Assembly: GCA_002839495.1 (NCBI GenBank)
Contig: PGYD01000001.1
Coordinates: 517 to 64,516 of the forward strand
Direction: 5' to 3'
Source: Planctomycetes bacterium HGW-Planctomycetes-1
GTDB lineage: Bacteria > Planctomycetota > Phycisphaerae > Sedimentisphaerales > UBA12454
Length of the DNA stretch: 64,000 bases
Shown here: positions 46,101 to 55,993 of the stretch, one piece after another
How positions within the stretch are numbered: the stretch's first letter is position 1
Layout: each line of letters begins with the position of its first letter
The notes under the pieces: model-generated
What the model saw: only the letters and a program-made list of their open reading frames with translations
Database searches by the model: none
What the model was told of the DNA's origin: nothing
Program-made: the position numbers and the translations under genes

Positions 46101-46547
46101 GGCGCGTTTTATTTTCAAATCCGGACATTTGCCGAGTCATCGGATTTGGATAGCATCGGGAAAAAATCCGAAAAAATTGTCAGAAAACCGAGAGGAATTT
46201 TTAACGGCGAATATTTCCATCTCATCGACGGCAAAACCGAAACCGGCCATAGCCCGTTTTACAGTTTTCAAATAACGAAAGACGGCCAATTCGGCAGATA
46301 TGAAACAAGTTCGCTTTTGACGGATGTGCATTTTTCGAAGGTTTTGTCTTTCGCTGAAAATAAATTAAAAGAGCTTGGCGGCCGGATACTTGCCGGAGAA
46401 ATTGACGTCAGGCCTTACAGGTTAAAAAAACAAACGGCTTGTGCATATTGTCCGTATAAATCGCTTTGCCGGTTCGACTGGCAAATCAACGATTACGCGG
46501 AAATCGAGAAAAAATCTAAAACGGAATTTTTAAATGAATTGGACTAA
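43182..46547 (+). CDS. addB: ATP-dependent helicase/nuclease subunit B (AddB/RexB type, Fe-S nuclease domain)
   Basis: 1121 aa. Walker A GRSGAGKTT, C-terminal PD-(D/E)XK block GKIDRID...LIDYKTSE, and four Cys (CPYQYF ... CAYCPYKSLC). Confidence 0.92.
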   Translation: MVQFILGRSGAGKTTLCIKQIIDSLLEGKSEQNLVFLVPEQATYQAERAILSDSRIKGYSRLGVLSFQRLCYLIFGKNLAARPLTQQGRDMIVHRLLAENADKLSIFSSSAAAGVATAIAELQQFGKSPDDIEKLIEQMKDTSELTVGKLSDINLIYKQYLAFVEGNFLNNDNQLNLAKDAVAHTPFLKNCLLWVDGFAGFTTSESLLLAELLKVSSSAKIALCLDEMETTPVANAPGSVGAGIFEPTQKTYNDLGSLIKAMKLPVEKPVILPQANRFKNSKALAYLEKNIFSFENVPPVSCNSEVKITACAKTRLEVDYAARQICSLVRDKGFRWRDIAVIASDIDQYRHFIQAIFSDFNIPFFIDRRRDLQQYPAVELLTSALKIATDRFTTNDVINYLKSDLAGVSRDEVDRLENYCLAFGVDGKDWLAADVWDFAPPNNGFDNDQIDKIRNKAAENLLQLRVLLQSEKNLTAEQFCQAIFVFLDSLDVRGRLADWTKAAIEAGRLDEAQLHQQFFAQFTQLMDDFVFIFKNSSFSSEQYAAIISSAFSQMTVALIPPALDQVLVGSIERSRHPDLKAVFLLGATQQQFPIPVRYDNILNDADRKAASDSGFKLSRTGSPQLIERRYLAYIAFTRPSHFLYITYPLADEKGAKIEHSFLVSELKSLFSDLEEGKYFGSCGFGGLYNISDLSLLLASRLGRDNLSPQDDLDAKCKWLLDNLSRVIPAQAGIQIKSAIDYENIARLDNLPAEDVLSASATKLRAFASCPYQYFARHILGLEERQVFELEPFRQGLFYHKVLELLFNSLKNKNLTFSTAQTDVLNQLIDKSVEQLLIEDAFLKSFKTRTKHNDYIINSASQTIKDAVVEFAQIASAGEFEQLAAEIVFGNGFSPSVLEIKLKNGKKLHVEGKIDRIDTVSKSGATYCLLIDYKTSETKINWSMFKAALDLQLPIYLLAVRNQTIGESKNLIPLGAFYFQIRTFAESSDLDSIGKKSEKIVRKPRGIFNGEYFHLIDGKTETGHSPFYSFQITKDGQFGRYETSSLLTDVHFSKVLSFAENKLKELGGRILAGEIDVRPYRLKKQTACAYCPYKSLCRFDWQINDYAEIEKKSKTEFLNELD

Positions 46548-49500
46548 AGGTCAAAAGCAGGCAATCGAATCGCAAAGCGGCGACATAACCGTAGCCGCCT
46601 CGGCAGGCACGGGCAAAACTACCGTGCTTTCGCACCGCGCCGTCAGGATTCTCGGCCTGCCTGAGCTGTGCCCGGACGTTTCGGATATCCTTGTTTTGAC
46701 CTTTACCGAAGCGGCCGCGGGCGAAATGAAGCTGCGAATCGCGCAATATCTGAAAGATAAAGCCAATAAAAATATTTATCTTCGCAGACATCTTTTGATG
46801 CTCGACGGCGCAGATATCAGCACCGTTCATTCGTTTTGCAAACGTATTATCAGCAGGCATTTTCATCGTCTCGGCCTTAATCCGGCTTTCAGGGTGATGG
46901 ACGAGGACGAAAGCAAACTGATAAAAGCCGAAATTCTTCAGCAGATAATCGAAGAGGCATGGGACGATTTTCCGCAGGGTATGACTCATCTCTTGGACGG
47001 CAGGGCGGTATCGAACCCATCGCATAATTTTCTTAACTGTGTCATAGACGTCAGTAATTTTCTCGATACGGTCATATCCCGCCCAAATTGGTTCGACAGA
47101 GCGCTCGTTTACAATGACGCGGCAATTTCCGCCGCCTCCGATGCCGTTAAAAACCAAAAACAGTTTATTCTCGACAATCTAAAAACCTTCAAAGAGCAAT
47201 TTAAATGGTCGCTGAGCCTCGATGAAAAAATCGCAAACGGCCACTGGAAAGAGCAGATTGAAAAACAATGTATTCCTGTAATTGCTTGCGCCGTTGAACT
47301 TTTAGAAAAAGATGATTTAAAGAATTTTATCAAGCATTTAAATAGTTTTGAAAAATTTAGATGGAATAGAAGACCAAAAGAATTTTCCGACGAACTAAAG
47401 AAGCTTGTTTTATCAGCCGCGGATAAAGCGAAAGAAGGCTTTAAGAATCTTAACGCATTTGCCGTGCTTAATCCCGATTATACCGCTCTTGTTGCTGGCG
47501 CCTGTTCCGTTCAGACGAAAGTTTTGATTGAGCTTGTCAAAAAATTCGACCTTGCTTATCAGACCAGAAAACAGCAGCTAAACTGTGTGGACTTTGCCGA
47601 CCTTGAAAAGTATATGCTCAAGCTGCTTTCTGAAAACGGCGATGTCGCTCCCGCCAAGCCGTCGGATATCGCTTTGCAGCTGCGGAAAAGCTATAAATAT
47701 ATTTTTGTTGACGAATATCAGGATATAAATCCGGTTCAGCAGAGAATCATCGACCTGCTGAGCGGCTCGGCTAAAGTTTTCGTTGTCGGCGATGTCAAAC
47801 AGAGCATTTATGCCTGGCGGGGCGCCGATTGCGGCCTGTTTGTCCAGCGGCTGGGCAAAACCGGAATCGACGAGTCTAAATCCCGTGTCGATTTGAATGA
47901 AAATTTCCGTTCCCGTCCCGGTGTTTTGAATTTCGTCAATGAAATTTTCTCACGAATTATGCTCGAATCCATCGCCGCGGTAGATTACGACGAAAATGCC
48001 GCTTTAAAGCCTTTTAACGCTTCATCAGATAAATCTGCGAAACCCGATGTGGAACTGCTCATTGTTGACGATGACCCCGCAGAGGAAAATGACGACGACG
48101 AAGAACAGCAAACCGATGGTATTTCTGCCGATGCCGTAAATCGCAGGGCATTGACGGTTGCCGAGCGGATAAAAGAGCTTGTCGAGGTTGAAAAATTTGA
48201 AGTTTACGACAAAGACATCTCCGCTTTTCGTCCCTGCCGCTGGAATGATTTTGTGATTTTAACACGGGACTTTAAGCATCGTGCAAATAATTACGTCCAA
48301 ATCCTCCGTTGTGCCAATATACCGGTTGTAAGCGACAGCTCCGCGGGCTATTTTGCGGCTACCGAAATCAACGATATGCTTTCGTTATTGCAGGTTCTTG
48401 ACAATCCCCGTCAGGATATTCCTCTTGCCTCTGTTTTGAGAAGTCCGATTTTCAGCCTTTCCGACACGCAGCTTGCGCAGATAAAATCGCATAAAAATTC
48501 CGAATCGGATTTTTATTCACTGCTCGAATCTGTTGCAGAAAAATCCGACGTTCAAGACCTGCAAAAAACAGTTTCTGATATTTTACGTCGCCTTGACGAT
48601 TGGCGGACTCTGGCTCGGCGAGGTTCGTTAGCTGATTTAATCTGGCAGATTTATTCGCAGACCGGTCTTTTGTCATTTGTTTCCGCTCTGCCCGGCGGTT
48701 CACAAAGACACGCCAATTTGCTAAAGCTTCACCAGCGGGCGATACAGTTTGAGAATTTTGCGTCCAGCTTTAACGTCATTTCCCTGTCCAGATTTGTCAA
48801 TTTCCTGCAAAAGCTGCTCGAATCCGGCGGCGACTGGGCTCCTGCCGAGCCGGACAGTTCCGCTTCGGATGCCGTGCGGGTAATGAGCGTTCATAAAAGC
48901 AAAGGTCTGGAATTTCCAATTGTGATTTTGGCAGAAACCAACAGGGAATTTCGCCTCGGCTCTCACATCGGCGATTGCATAACGGATAATCAGGCGACAA
49001 TAGGACTTAGAATAATAGACGAAAACAGCGGCACAAAACTGCCTTCGCTCACCTGGCAGGTAATCAAAGAAAAACAAATCAGACAGAGCCTTGCCGAGGA
49101 GATGAGGATTTTGTACGTGGCGATGACACGGGCGAAAGACAAGTTGATTGTGTCCGGTGCCGCTGAATCGAAGCGCTGTGTCTCTTTGTTGAGCAGTGCC
49201 GCACTTTGCGATTTGGGAAAACTGCCTCGCTTCTTAATCGAATCCGCCAAAAGCGAACTTGACTGGATTTTACTGTCCCTTGCCGAATATGAAAAACTGC
49301 AAACTCATTTTAAATTGCCGATACAGGTCGATAGCCGCAATGATAACATATTCGATTTGATAATATATCAGCCGGACGAGATTTTAAAGATTAGTTCAAG
49401 ATTCTTGAAGAAACTTCCGGTCGGCAGATATGAAACAATAAAGACGCCTTTGCCTGACAAAACTTTGCTTGAGAATATCACTAAAAATTTAAACTGGCAG

Positions 49501-50148
49501 TATCCGCTTAAAGACTGTGCCTCGATAAAAACCAAGCAGTCTGTTACTTCCATTGTGCATCAGGAAGAGTTTGCTGAAGCTGACCGGAGTTTTTCGTTCG
49601 ATTCTTTTGAAAAACTTACCGGCCGCGGCGACAGCCTCGTCATCGGCAGCGCAACCCATCTCGTTATCAAAAATATAGATTTAACCGACACTGTCGATAA
49701 AGACAAAATCTGTCAAGCTGTAAATCGTTTGCTTAAAAATGGTTATACAACGAAACAGGCCGCTGAAAAAATCGACATTTCAGCTATTTTAAAGTTTTTC
49801 AGCAGCGATTTAGGCAGGCTTGTAACGGACAGTAAAAATATCGTGTTAAGAGAATGGCCTTTCACTTATGCTGTTTCAGCGGCGGAGTTGTATCCTGATT
49901 TGAAGAATTGTACCGAAGAAAAAATAATCATTCAGGGCATTGTCGATATGCTGATTAAGACGCCGAGCGGTTTAGTTGTAATAGATTTCAAGACAGACCG
50001 TATTGATTCTTCACAGCTTAAGCAGAGAAGCGAGCATTACGCGCCGCAGTTAAAATGGTACTGCAAAGCGGCAGCGGAGATTCTTAATATTAAAAATGTT
50101 ACAGGCTGGCTGTATTTCCTTACTCCGGCAATTGCAGTGAAGATTTGA
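46534..50148 (+). CDS. addA: ATP-dependent helicase/nuclease subunit A (UvrD-like helicase plus RecB-type nuclease)
   Basis: 1204 aa. AAGTGKTTVL, FVDEYQDINP, ...VMSVHKSKGLEFP..., C-terminal GIVDML...VIDFKTD nuclease motif. Overlaps addB by 14 nt. Confidence 0.93.
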   Translation: MNWTKGQKQAIESQSGDITVAASAGTGKTTVLSHRAVRILGLPELCPDVSDILVLTFTEAAAGEMKLRIAQYLKDKANKNIYLRRHLLMLDGADISTVHSFCKRIISRHFHRLGLNPAFRVMDEDESKLIKAEILQQIIEEAWDDFPQGMTHLLDGRAVSNPSHNFLNCVIDVSNFLDTVISRPNWFDRALVYNDAAISAASDAVKNQKQFILDNLKTFKEQFKWSLSLDEKIANGHWKEQIEKQCIPVIACAVELLEKDDLKNFIKHLNSFEKFRWNRRPKEFSDELKKLVLSAADKAKEGFKNLNAFAVLNPDYTALVAGACSVQTKVLIELVKKFDLAYQTRKQQLNCVDFADLEKYMLKLLSENGDVAPAKPSDIALQLRKSYKYIFVDEYQDINPVQQRIIDLLSGSAKVFVVGDVKQSIYAWRGADCGLFVQRLGKTGIDESKSRVDLNENFRSRPGVLNFVNEIFSRIMLESIAAVDYDENAALKPFNASSDKSAKPDVELLIVDDDPAEENDDDEEQQTDGISADAVNRRALTVAERIKELVEVEKFEVYDKDISAFRPCRWNDFVILTRDFKHRANNYVQILRCANIPVVSDSSAGYFAATEINDMLSLLQVLDNPRQDIPLASVLRSPIFSLSDTQLAQIKSHKNSESDFYSLLESVAEKSDVQDLQKTVSDILRRLDDWRTLARRGSLADLIWQIYSQTGLLSFVSALPGGSQRHANLLKLHQRAIQFENFASSFNVISLSRFVNFLQKLLESGGDWAPAEPDSSASDAVRVMSVHKSKGLEFPIVILAETNREFRLGSHIGDCITDNQATIGLRIIDENSGTKLPSLTWQVIKEKQIRQSLAEEMRILYVAMTRAKDKLIVSGAAESKRCVSLLSSAALCDLGKLPRFLIESAKSELDWILLSLAEYEKLQTHFKLPIQVDSRNDNIFDLIIYQPDEILKISSRFLKKLPVGRYETIKTPLPDKTLLENITKNLNWQYPLKDCASIKTKQSVTSIVHQEEFAEADRSFSFDSFEKLTGRGDSLVIGSATHLVIKNIDLTDTVDKDKICQAVNRLLKNGYTTKQAAEKIDISAILKFFSSDLGRLVTDSKNIVLREWPFTYAVSAAELYPDLKNCTEEKIIIQGIVDMLIKTPSGLVVIDFKTDRIDSSQLKQRSEHYAPQLKWYCKAAAEILNIKNVTGWLYFLTPAIAVKI

Positions 50149-50155
50149 TATTTAG

Positions 50156-50178
50156 CCCGCCGTTTTACGGCGGGTTTT
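50156..50178. terminator. Bidirectional terminator between the convergent addA and CDF genes
   Basis: CCCGCCG (50156-50162) / CGGCGGG (50168-50174), loop TTTTA, then TTTT. Confidence 0.65.
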
Positions 50179-50179
50179 C

Positions 50180-51070
50180 CTATTCTGTGTTCGGTTCGAT
50201 ATGAACCGTGATATTTACCGGCTGGGTGATTTGTCTGTGCATTTCGTTTTCGAGCTTTTCAGCGATATCGTGAGCCTCTGTTATTTTCAGTTCCGGGTCA
50301 ACAAGAATATGCAAATCCATAAAGAGTTCTCTGCCGACAACTCTTGTCCGCAGTTTGTGCCAATTGCGTATTCGCGATTGTGATGCGATGATTTTTGTAA
50401 TCTGTTCGTTTGTCCTCACATCAACTGCGCGGGCGGTGAATTGCCCCATAGAGTCGCCTAATATTTTGACGGCGACCCAAATAATCATCACCCCGACGAT
50501 AATCGTCGCTATCTGGTCGGCATAAGCAAAGCCAAGTATCGATGCGACGGCCCCGATGGCGACAGCAATTGAGCTGAAAGCGTCCGAGCGATGATGCCAG
50601 GCGTTGGCATAAACCATCGAACTGGAAAATTTTATAGCGACATTTCTGGTAATAATAAAACAATACTCTTTGGAGACTATTGAAATTATAGCCACGATAA
50701 GGACAGTATAACCTATCTTTGAAATTTTTTGTGCTGCTATACTGCCGGCGGCCTTGTAAATCATTCCTCCCGCCAAAATCGCCAATAGCAGGGCGATAAA
50801 TAAAGCTGCGAAGTTTTCCGCCCAGCCGTGCCCGTACGGATGGTCTTGATCGGGTTTTTTGGAGCCTATTTTCGCACCGAGTATAACAGCGAAATCCGTT
50901 ATCATATCTGAAAGCGAATGAACGCCGTCAGCTATCAGCGCCATTGATGATACGAGAAATCCCGTAGCGATTTTAACTAATGTGAGAAGGATATTTATAA
51001 TCAGACCAATCCACGTTACTTTGCGAATTTGCCCAAGAGCCTCGGCATTTTTCTCCACGTGTGGAGACAT
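50180..51070 (-). CDS. Cation diffusion facilitator family divalent-metal efflux transporter
   Basis: 296 aa, six TM segments. ...ALIADGVHSLSDMITD... and ...HHRSDAFSSIAV... CDF metal-site motifs, cytoplasmic C-terminal domain. Confidence 0.9.
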   Translation of the reverse strand: MSPHVEKNAEALGQIRKVTWIGLIINILLTLVKIATGFLVSSMALIADGVHSLSDMITDFAVILGAKIGSKKPDQDHPYGHGWAENFAALFIALLLAILAGGMIYKAAGSIAAQKISKIGYTVLIVAIISIVSKEYCFIITRNVAIKFSSSMVYANAWHHRSDAFSSIAVAIGAVASILGFAYADQIATIIVGVMIIWVAVKILGDSMGQFTARAVDVRTNEQITKIIASQSRIRNWHKLRTRVVGRELFMDLHILVDPELKITEAHDIAEKLENEMHRQITQPVNITVHIEPNTE

Positions 51071-51071
51071 T

Positions 51072-52445
51072 TTACTTCCCTGTAATTTTTTCTATTATCG
51101 CCGCAATTTTATCCAGGTGTTTTTGCGGGTCCGCATCTTCTTTGAATTCCGCGATTACTCTCATTATAGGTTCCGTATTGCTCGTTCGCAGGTGAATCCA
51201 GCCGTCGTCGAAGTCGAACCTGCACCCGTCGCTTTCGTTAACTTCGGCTTTTTTGAATGTTTTTTTCGCCTGTGTGATTATTTTATCCGCTGTCTTTTTA
51301 TCGGCATCGAATTTTTGTTTTATCATTTGATAAGCCGGCATCTCATCGACGAGTTGGCTTATCGTTTTATTTGTTTCAGCGCAAAGTTGCAGGATAAACG
51401 CCATTGCCGTAAGGCTGTCGCGTACAGGCCCGATTCTCAAGTCGATAATTCCGCCGTTGCCTTCGCCGCCGATTACGCAGTTATTTTTTATCATTGCCGC
51501 CGCGACGTTTGCCTCGCCGACGGGTGTGCGGATAACTTCGCATCCTGCCTCTTTGGCGACATCGTCAATCATTCGCGATGTGGAAAGATTTGCCGCTGCC
51601 GGCCCTTTCTTATGGCTGAGGATATGTTTGGCGGCCAAAGCAAGGGTGTATTCCTCGCCGATATATCTGCCGTTTTCGTCCACAATTGCGAGCCTGTCGC
51701 CGTCCGGGTCTTGTGCGAAGCCGATATTGGCTCCGACTTTTTGGACTGTCTGGCACAAATACTCCAGATTTTCCGCCAGCGGTTCCGGTTTGTGTGTGAA
51801 CAAGCCGGTCGGTGCGTCATTTATAGCCATAACTCGGCAGCCGAGCGTTGACAGGAGTCTTTTTCCCGGTCTTGCGCCAGCTCCGTTCACACTGTCGAGC
51901 ACCACTCTGAATTTTTTAGAGAATATCAGGCCTTTATTGATGCAGGCCCTGATTTTTTGGATATGAACCGTATCGCCGCTGTAGTCTATTACAATCTTGC
52001 CGCAATCTACGGACGAAACGCAATCGAACTGGCCTTTTAGAAACAGAGCCTTTATCTTTTCCGCCATTCCTGCCGGCGGCGCGATGCCTTTGCTTGTCAG
52101 CAGTTTAATCCCGTTATATTCGACAGGATTATGAGAAGCTGTAACAACTATGCCGCCGTCGCATTCGAGCTGGTTGACCATAATTCCGACGGTAGGGGTG
52201 GTTACCAGTCCGAGGTCGATTATATCTGCGCCGACGGAGCACAAGCCCGCCATTATCGCCGATTTAAGCATTCCGCCCGACGGCCTGCTGTCTGTGCCTA
52301 TCGCGATTTTAAGTTTCTTTTTGCCTTTGGAATTCTTGAGAAACGTCCCGAATGCGCAGCCGTAATTTGTCGCCGTAAAAGCGTTTAGATTCTCTCCGAC
52401 TATCCCGCGCATTCCGCTTATCGATATAATTAAATCCTGTGCCAT
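51072..52445 (-). CDS. Alpha-D-phosphohexomutase (phosphomannomutase/phosphoglucomutase/GlmM-like)
   Basis: Active-site TASHNPVEYNGIK, metal loop FAQDPDGDRL, ...GGEGNGG... ATG 52445 preferred over the TTG at 52490, which would overlap top6B. Confidence 0.9.
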   Translation of the reverse strand: MAQDLIISISGMRGIVGENLNAFTATNYGCAFGTFLKNSKGKKKLKIAIGTDSRPSGGMLKSAIMAGLCSVGADIIDLGLVTTPTVGIMVNQLECDGGIVVTASHNPVEYNGIKLLTSKGIAPPAGMAEKIKALFLKGQFDCVSSVDCGKIVIDYSGDTVHIQKIRACINKGLIFSKKFRVVLDSVNGAGARPGKRLLSTLGCRVMAINDAPTGLFTHKPEPLAENLEYLCQTVQKVGANIGFAQDPDGDRLAIVDENGRYIGEEYTLALAAKHILSHKKGPAAANLSTSRMIDDVAKEAGCEVIRTPVGEANVAAAMIKNNCVIGGEGNGGIIDLRIGPVRDSLTAMAFILQLCAETNKTISQLVDEMPAYQMIKQKFDADKKTADKIITQAKKTFKKAEVNESDGCRFDFDDGWIHLRTSNTEPIMRVIAEFKEDADPQKHLDKIAAIIEKITGK

Positions 52446-52467
52446 TTTCTTCCAACTCTTAATTATT

Positions 52468-54267
52468 TCATATTTGTCTGGTTTTTTCAAGTACTTCTTT
52501 GAGCCTTGAAACGATAGTTTTTACCTGTGAATCCTTGAGCACAAGTATTTCCTGCAGCGCCTCGCCGATGTACGGCAGGTAAGTTTCGATGTAGCCTCTT
52601 TTTACCATTTCCTGCCGAATGCGTTTCTGCCTTCGCAGATACATACCGAGTTTACGCCCGCATTCCTGAACTGCAAGCTTTATTTCTTTTATTATTTCCG
52701 GATAATGGGCTATCGCCTCTTTGCTTTCGGACGTGAACGGCACCCATACCGATGCGATATGAACCATCAGCACCATCGGCCCCATAGGCAAAGCGCCCCT
52801 CGATTGTGAAAGGCTGTAATTGCGCCAGTTAATTTCCGTAACTGCCTTATGAATCGCGCACGCTCCCTGCTGATAGAGCAGCGGCACACGGTTGGCGAAT
52901 CGTTTCAGTTCCATTTGTACCTGTGTGTCTTCGTTGTCTCCGTTCCCGTTGCCGCTGTCCTTTGTGGTTTTGAATCCATAAGCGATTGCCGCTTCGATAA
53001 GAAACGGATTGCCGCGATAAACGCTCGGTTTTCTCGTGGATGCGGCGTAAAAATCTGCCTCGATGGTCCTTTTCAAACCCTGTTCGAGCTCGTTTTCGCC
53101 GATTGGCCCGATACAATTTACCGGCGGCGCCATTATCTTCGTTTCGTTTATCGCGGTATGAAGAGCCTCAGCCTCTTTTAAGCTCAAACTTGCAGGTTTG
53201 GCATTTTTTGAAAGTTTTGCCTTTTTGCATATATCGCTCGCCATATTCGAGCTTACCCGCGAGAAATCGTGATGCAGAAATGCCGAAAGACGTTTAGCCG
53301 TGCTTTCCTTCGCCATTTTGTAAAGCAGGCCGAGTTCAACGCCGTAAGGATGAGGCTTAATCTCCACAGGCACAAAAGGCGGTTTTTTACTCTGCCGTTT
53401 GTATTCGTAAACTGAACCGTCCAGCGAATTATAAATTATCGCAGCGTGCGGATTAGCCATTGCGGTCAGAACGAGATATTCATCGACGGACTGCTTTCCC
53501 TTCTGATATTTTCCTTCGAGCGTTATTATTACCTGTGTCCCTGTCGGCAGGTCGAAATCACAGTCTTCGTCCAAAACTACCAAAGGCTTGTTTTTACTCG
53601 TATCAATCTGGACGTGATAATGCGACGCCTTTTTTCTTTTATCCGTTCTCGATATAATCTGAACAGGCTCGCCCGTCGTCAGCAGCCCGTACATTCCCGC
53701 CGCCGATATACCGATACCCTGCTGGCCCCGGCTCATCTTTAAACTGTGAAACTTGCTGCCGTAAAGGAGCTTGGCGAAAATATTCGGAATCTGCTTATCG
53801 ACAATTCCCGGCCCATTGTCTTTTATCGTAACAGTAAATTTTTTCTCGGTAAGCTGTTTTATGCTTACGGTTATTTCAGGAAGAATTAGGGCCTCTTCGC
53901 AGGCATCCAGAGAATTATCTACCGCTTCTTTTATGGCCGTCAGCAGCGATTTTCTCGGATTATCGAAACCCAGCAGATGTCGGTTCTTGGCGAAGAATTC
54001 GCTTATACTGATATCCCGCTGTTTTGCCGCCATAGATTCGGCCGTAGCGGCACCGGTTCTTTCCGAATGAGTTTTTTCCTGCCGCTGTTTTAGAACTTTT
54101 TCGGTCTTTTTGGACGGCTTTTTCGTCTTTTTTGACTTTCTTGTTTTCGTTTCGGACTCCGGTTGGTTTTCTGGCTGGTCAGGCACAGATTCAGCGACAG
54201 CGGTACCGCCGCCGAAATTGAAACTCATCTGGTTGGGCTGGAGTTTTTTCTTTGCAGTTATGTTCAA
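52468..54267 (-). CDS. top6B: DNA topoisomerase VI subunit B (GHKL ATPase plus H2TH plus transducer), Lys-rich N-terminal extension
   Basis: 599 aa. Bergerat-fold motifs EAVDNSLDA, DNGPGI, GSKF...SRGQQGIG. Transducer blocks RFANRVPLLY and FTSESKEAI. Confidence 0.88.
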   Translation of the reverse strand: MNITAKKKLQPNQMSFNFGGGTAVAESVPDQPENQPESETKTRKSKKTKKPSKKTEKVLKQRQEKTHSERTGAATAESMAAKQRDISISEFFAKNRHLLGFDNPRKSLLTAIKEAVDNSLDACEEALILPEITVSIKQLTEKKFTVTIKDNGPGIVDKQIPNIFAKLLYGSKFHSLKMSRGQQGIGISAAGMYGLLTTGEPVQIISRTDKRKKASHYHVQIDTSKNKPLVVLDEDCDFDLPTGTQVIITLEGKYQKGKQSVDEYLVLTAMANPHAAIIYNSLDGSVYEYKRQSKKPPFVPVEIKPHPYGVELGLLYKMAKESTAKRLSAFLHHDFSRVSSNMASDICKKAKLSKNAKPASLSLKEAEALHTAINETKIMAPPVNCIGPIGENELEQGLKRTIEADFYAASTRKPSVYRGNPFLIEAAIAYGFKTTKDSGNGNGDNEDTQVQMELKRFANRVPLLYQQGACAIHKAVTEINWRNYSLSQSRGALPMGPMVLMVHIASVWVPFTSESKEAIAHYPEIIKEIKLAVQECGRKLGMYLRRQKRIRQEMVKRGYIETYLPYIGEALQEILVLKDSQVKTIVSRLKEVLEKTRQI

Positions 54268-54311
54268 TAGCCTGCCCGCCTTTTATTTGGATTTAATATG
54301 TCTTTTGTTCC

Positions 54312-55904
54312 TTAGCTGAGTTTGCACAAATGAACTTCGTTGACAAAATCGAGCTCGGATATTGCCTTTACGGTTTTTTCGCCCGGCATAGCGTCGAGAC
54401 TGACGGCCAGAACCGCTTTTTTCTCCGCCGACTTTTGTCCTACGCCCATCGTTTGGATGTTGATGCCGCCTTTGCCAAGCACCGTGCCGACAGCGCCGAT
54501 AACGCCGGGCTTGTCGTCGTTGAAAATAATCATAACATTATCGGCAGGCGTCATTTCCACGTCGAAGCCGTTAATTTCGATTATTCTCATTATTTTATCG
54601 TGGAAAACCGTTCCTGTAAAGGTGCATTCGCCTTTTGCTGTCATAACTTTTGCGCCAAACCCCGAAGCGACGTTCTTCGCCTCCGGATTTTTCGTAACAT
54701 CGATACTGATGCCTTTTTCCTTTGCCAGTGCCGATGTGTTTATCATATTGACAGGGTCATCGGAAAACGACTTAAGCAGTCCGATTTGGAACGAAGAAGT
54801 AATCAGGCCGACGCTGTGTTCCGCGATAGCGCCTCTGTATTGCAGTTCGATTTTTTTGATTTGTCCGCCCGCGATAACGCTCACAAGCGTTCCGATTCTT
54901 TCCGCCAGTGTGGCGTATGTGTTTACGACAGTTGGCACCGCTCCGCCGGTCGAGGGGGCGTTGACCGCGTTTTTGATTGCTCCGGTTTTCAGATAATCGG
55001 CGAGAATTTGTGCCGCCTCGATTGCCACTTCGACCTGTGCCTCTTCGGTGCTTGCTCCGAGATGCGGCGTAACGATAAGATTGGCAATTTTTTCGTATCT
55101 TTTGTTTTTCACCGGGGGCTCTTCCGTAAATACATCCAGTGCCGCCGCCGCTATTGTCTTTTTCTCAAGCGCATCATACAGCGCATCTTCGTTTATGATT
55201 CCGCCGCGCGAGCAGTTTAGAACTTTCGTCGTCGGTTTCATCATCTTGAACTGTGCTTCGCCTATCATATTGAGAGTCTTTTCATTTTTGGGCACGTGCA
55301 CTGTGATAATATCGGCTTCTTTGAAAATCCTTTCGAGATTATCTGTAATTTCAATGCCCAGCTTCTCCGCGTCCGGCGGCGTCGCAACAGGGTCGTAGCC
55401 GAGTATTTTCATATTGAAGCCCGTTGACATCTTCGCCACTGCCATTCCGATTCTTCCCAATCCGATTATGCCCAGAACCTTATTATTGAGCTGGTTGCCC
55501 ATATAGCTTTTCTTGTCCCATACACCGCCCTTAAGGCTGGTGCATGCCGGCACCACGTGCCTGCTTACCGCCAGCATAAGTGTCATTGTTTGTTCCGCTG
55601 CGCTTAGAGTATTGCCGCCCGGCGTATTCATTACGAGTATGCCCTTTTTTGTTGCCGCCGCCACGTCGATATTATCGACGCCTGCACCGGCACGGGCGAT
55701 GCCTCTCAGCTTGCCCGGTTTTTCGAGCACTTTTGCCGTAACCTGTGTTGCACTTCTTACAATCAAACCGTCATATTCTCCGATTGTGGCTATAAGTTCT
55801 TCCGGGCTGATGCCCGTTTTGACTACCGGCTCTACGTCTTTCAGCGACTTGAGCAGTTCGATACCTTCTTTTGCCAGTTTGTCGGCGATGAGAATCTTTA
55901 TCAT
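54312..55904 (-). CDS. serA: D-3-phosphoglycerate dehydrogenase (long form with ACT domain)
   Basis: 530 aa. GIIGLGRIGMAVA NAD fold, ...NCSRGG..., ...TPHLGAST.EAQ..., C-terminal ACT-like region. Confidence 0.94.
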   Translation of the reverse strand: MIKILIADKLAKEGIELLKSLKDVEPVVKTGISPEELIATIGEYDGLIVRSATQVTAKVLEKPGKLRGIARAGAGVDNIDVAAATKKGILVMNTPGGNTLSAAEQTMTLMLAVSRHVVPACTSLKGGVWDKKSYMGNQLNNKVLGIIGLGRIGMAVAKMSTGFNMKILGYDPVATPPDAEKLGIEITDNLERIFKEADIITVHVPKNEKTLNMIGEAQFKMMKPTTKVLNCSRGGIINEDALYDALEKKTIAAAALDVFTEEPPVKNKRYEKIANLIVTPHLGASTEEAQVEVAIEAAQILADYLKTGAIKNAVNAPSTGGAVPTVVNTYATLAERIGTLVSVIAGGQIKKIELQYRGAIAEHSVGLITSSFQIGLLKSFSDDPVNMINTSALAKEKGISIDVTKNPEAKNVASGFGAKVMTAKGECTFTGTVFHDKIMRIIEINGFDVEMTPADNVMIIFNDDKPGVIGAVGTVLGKGGINIQTMGVGQKSAEKKAVLAVSLDAMPGEKTVKAISELDFVNEVHLCKLS

Positions 55905-55993
55905 TTCTTGCTCCTTTGTTAAAAGTTTACTCTAATTTCGACGTTTCATATACTACCTTTTATTTATTCAATTTATATACCTGCAATTTGCCG

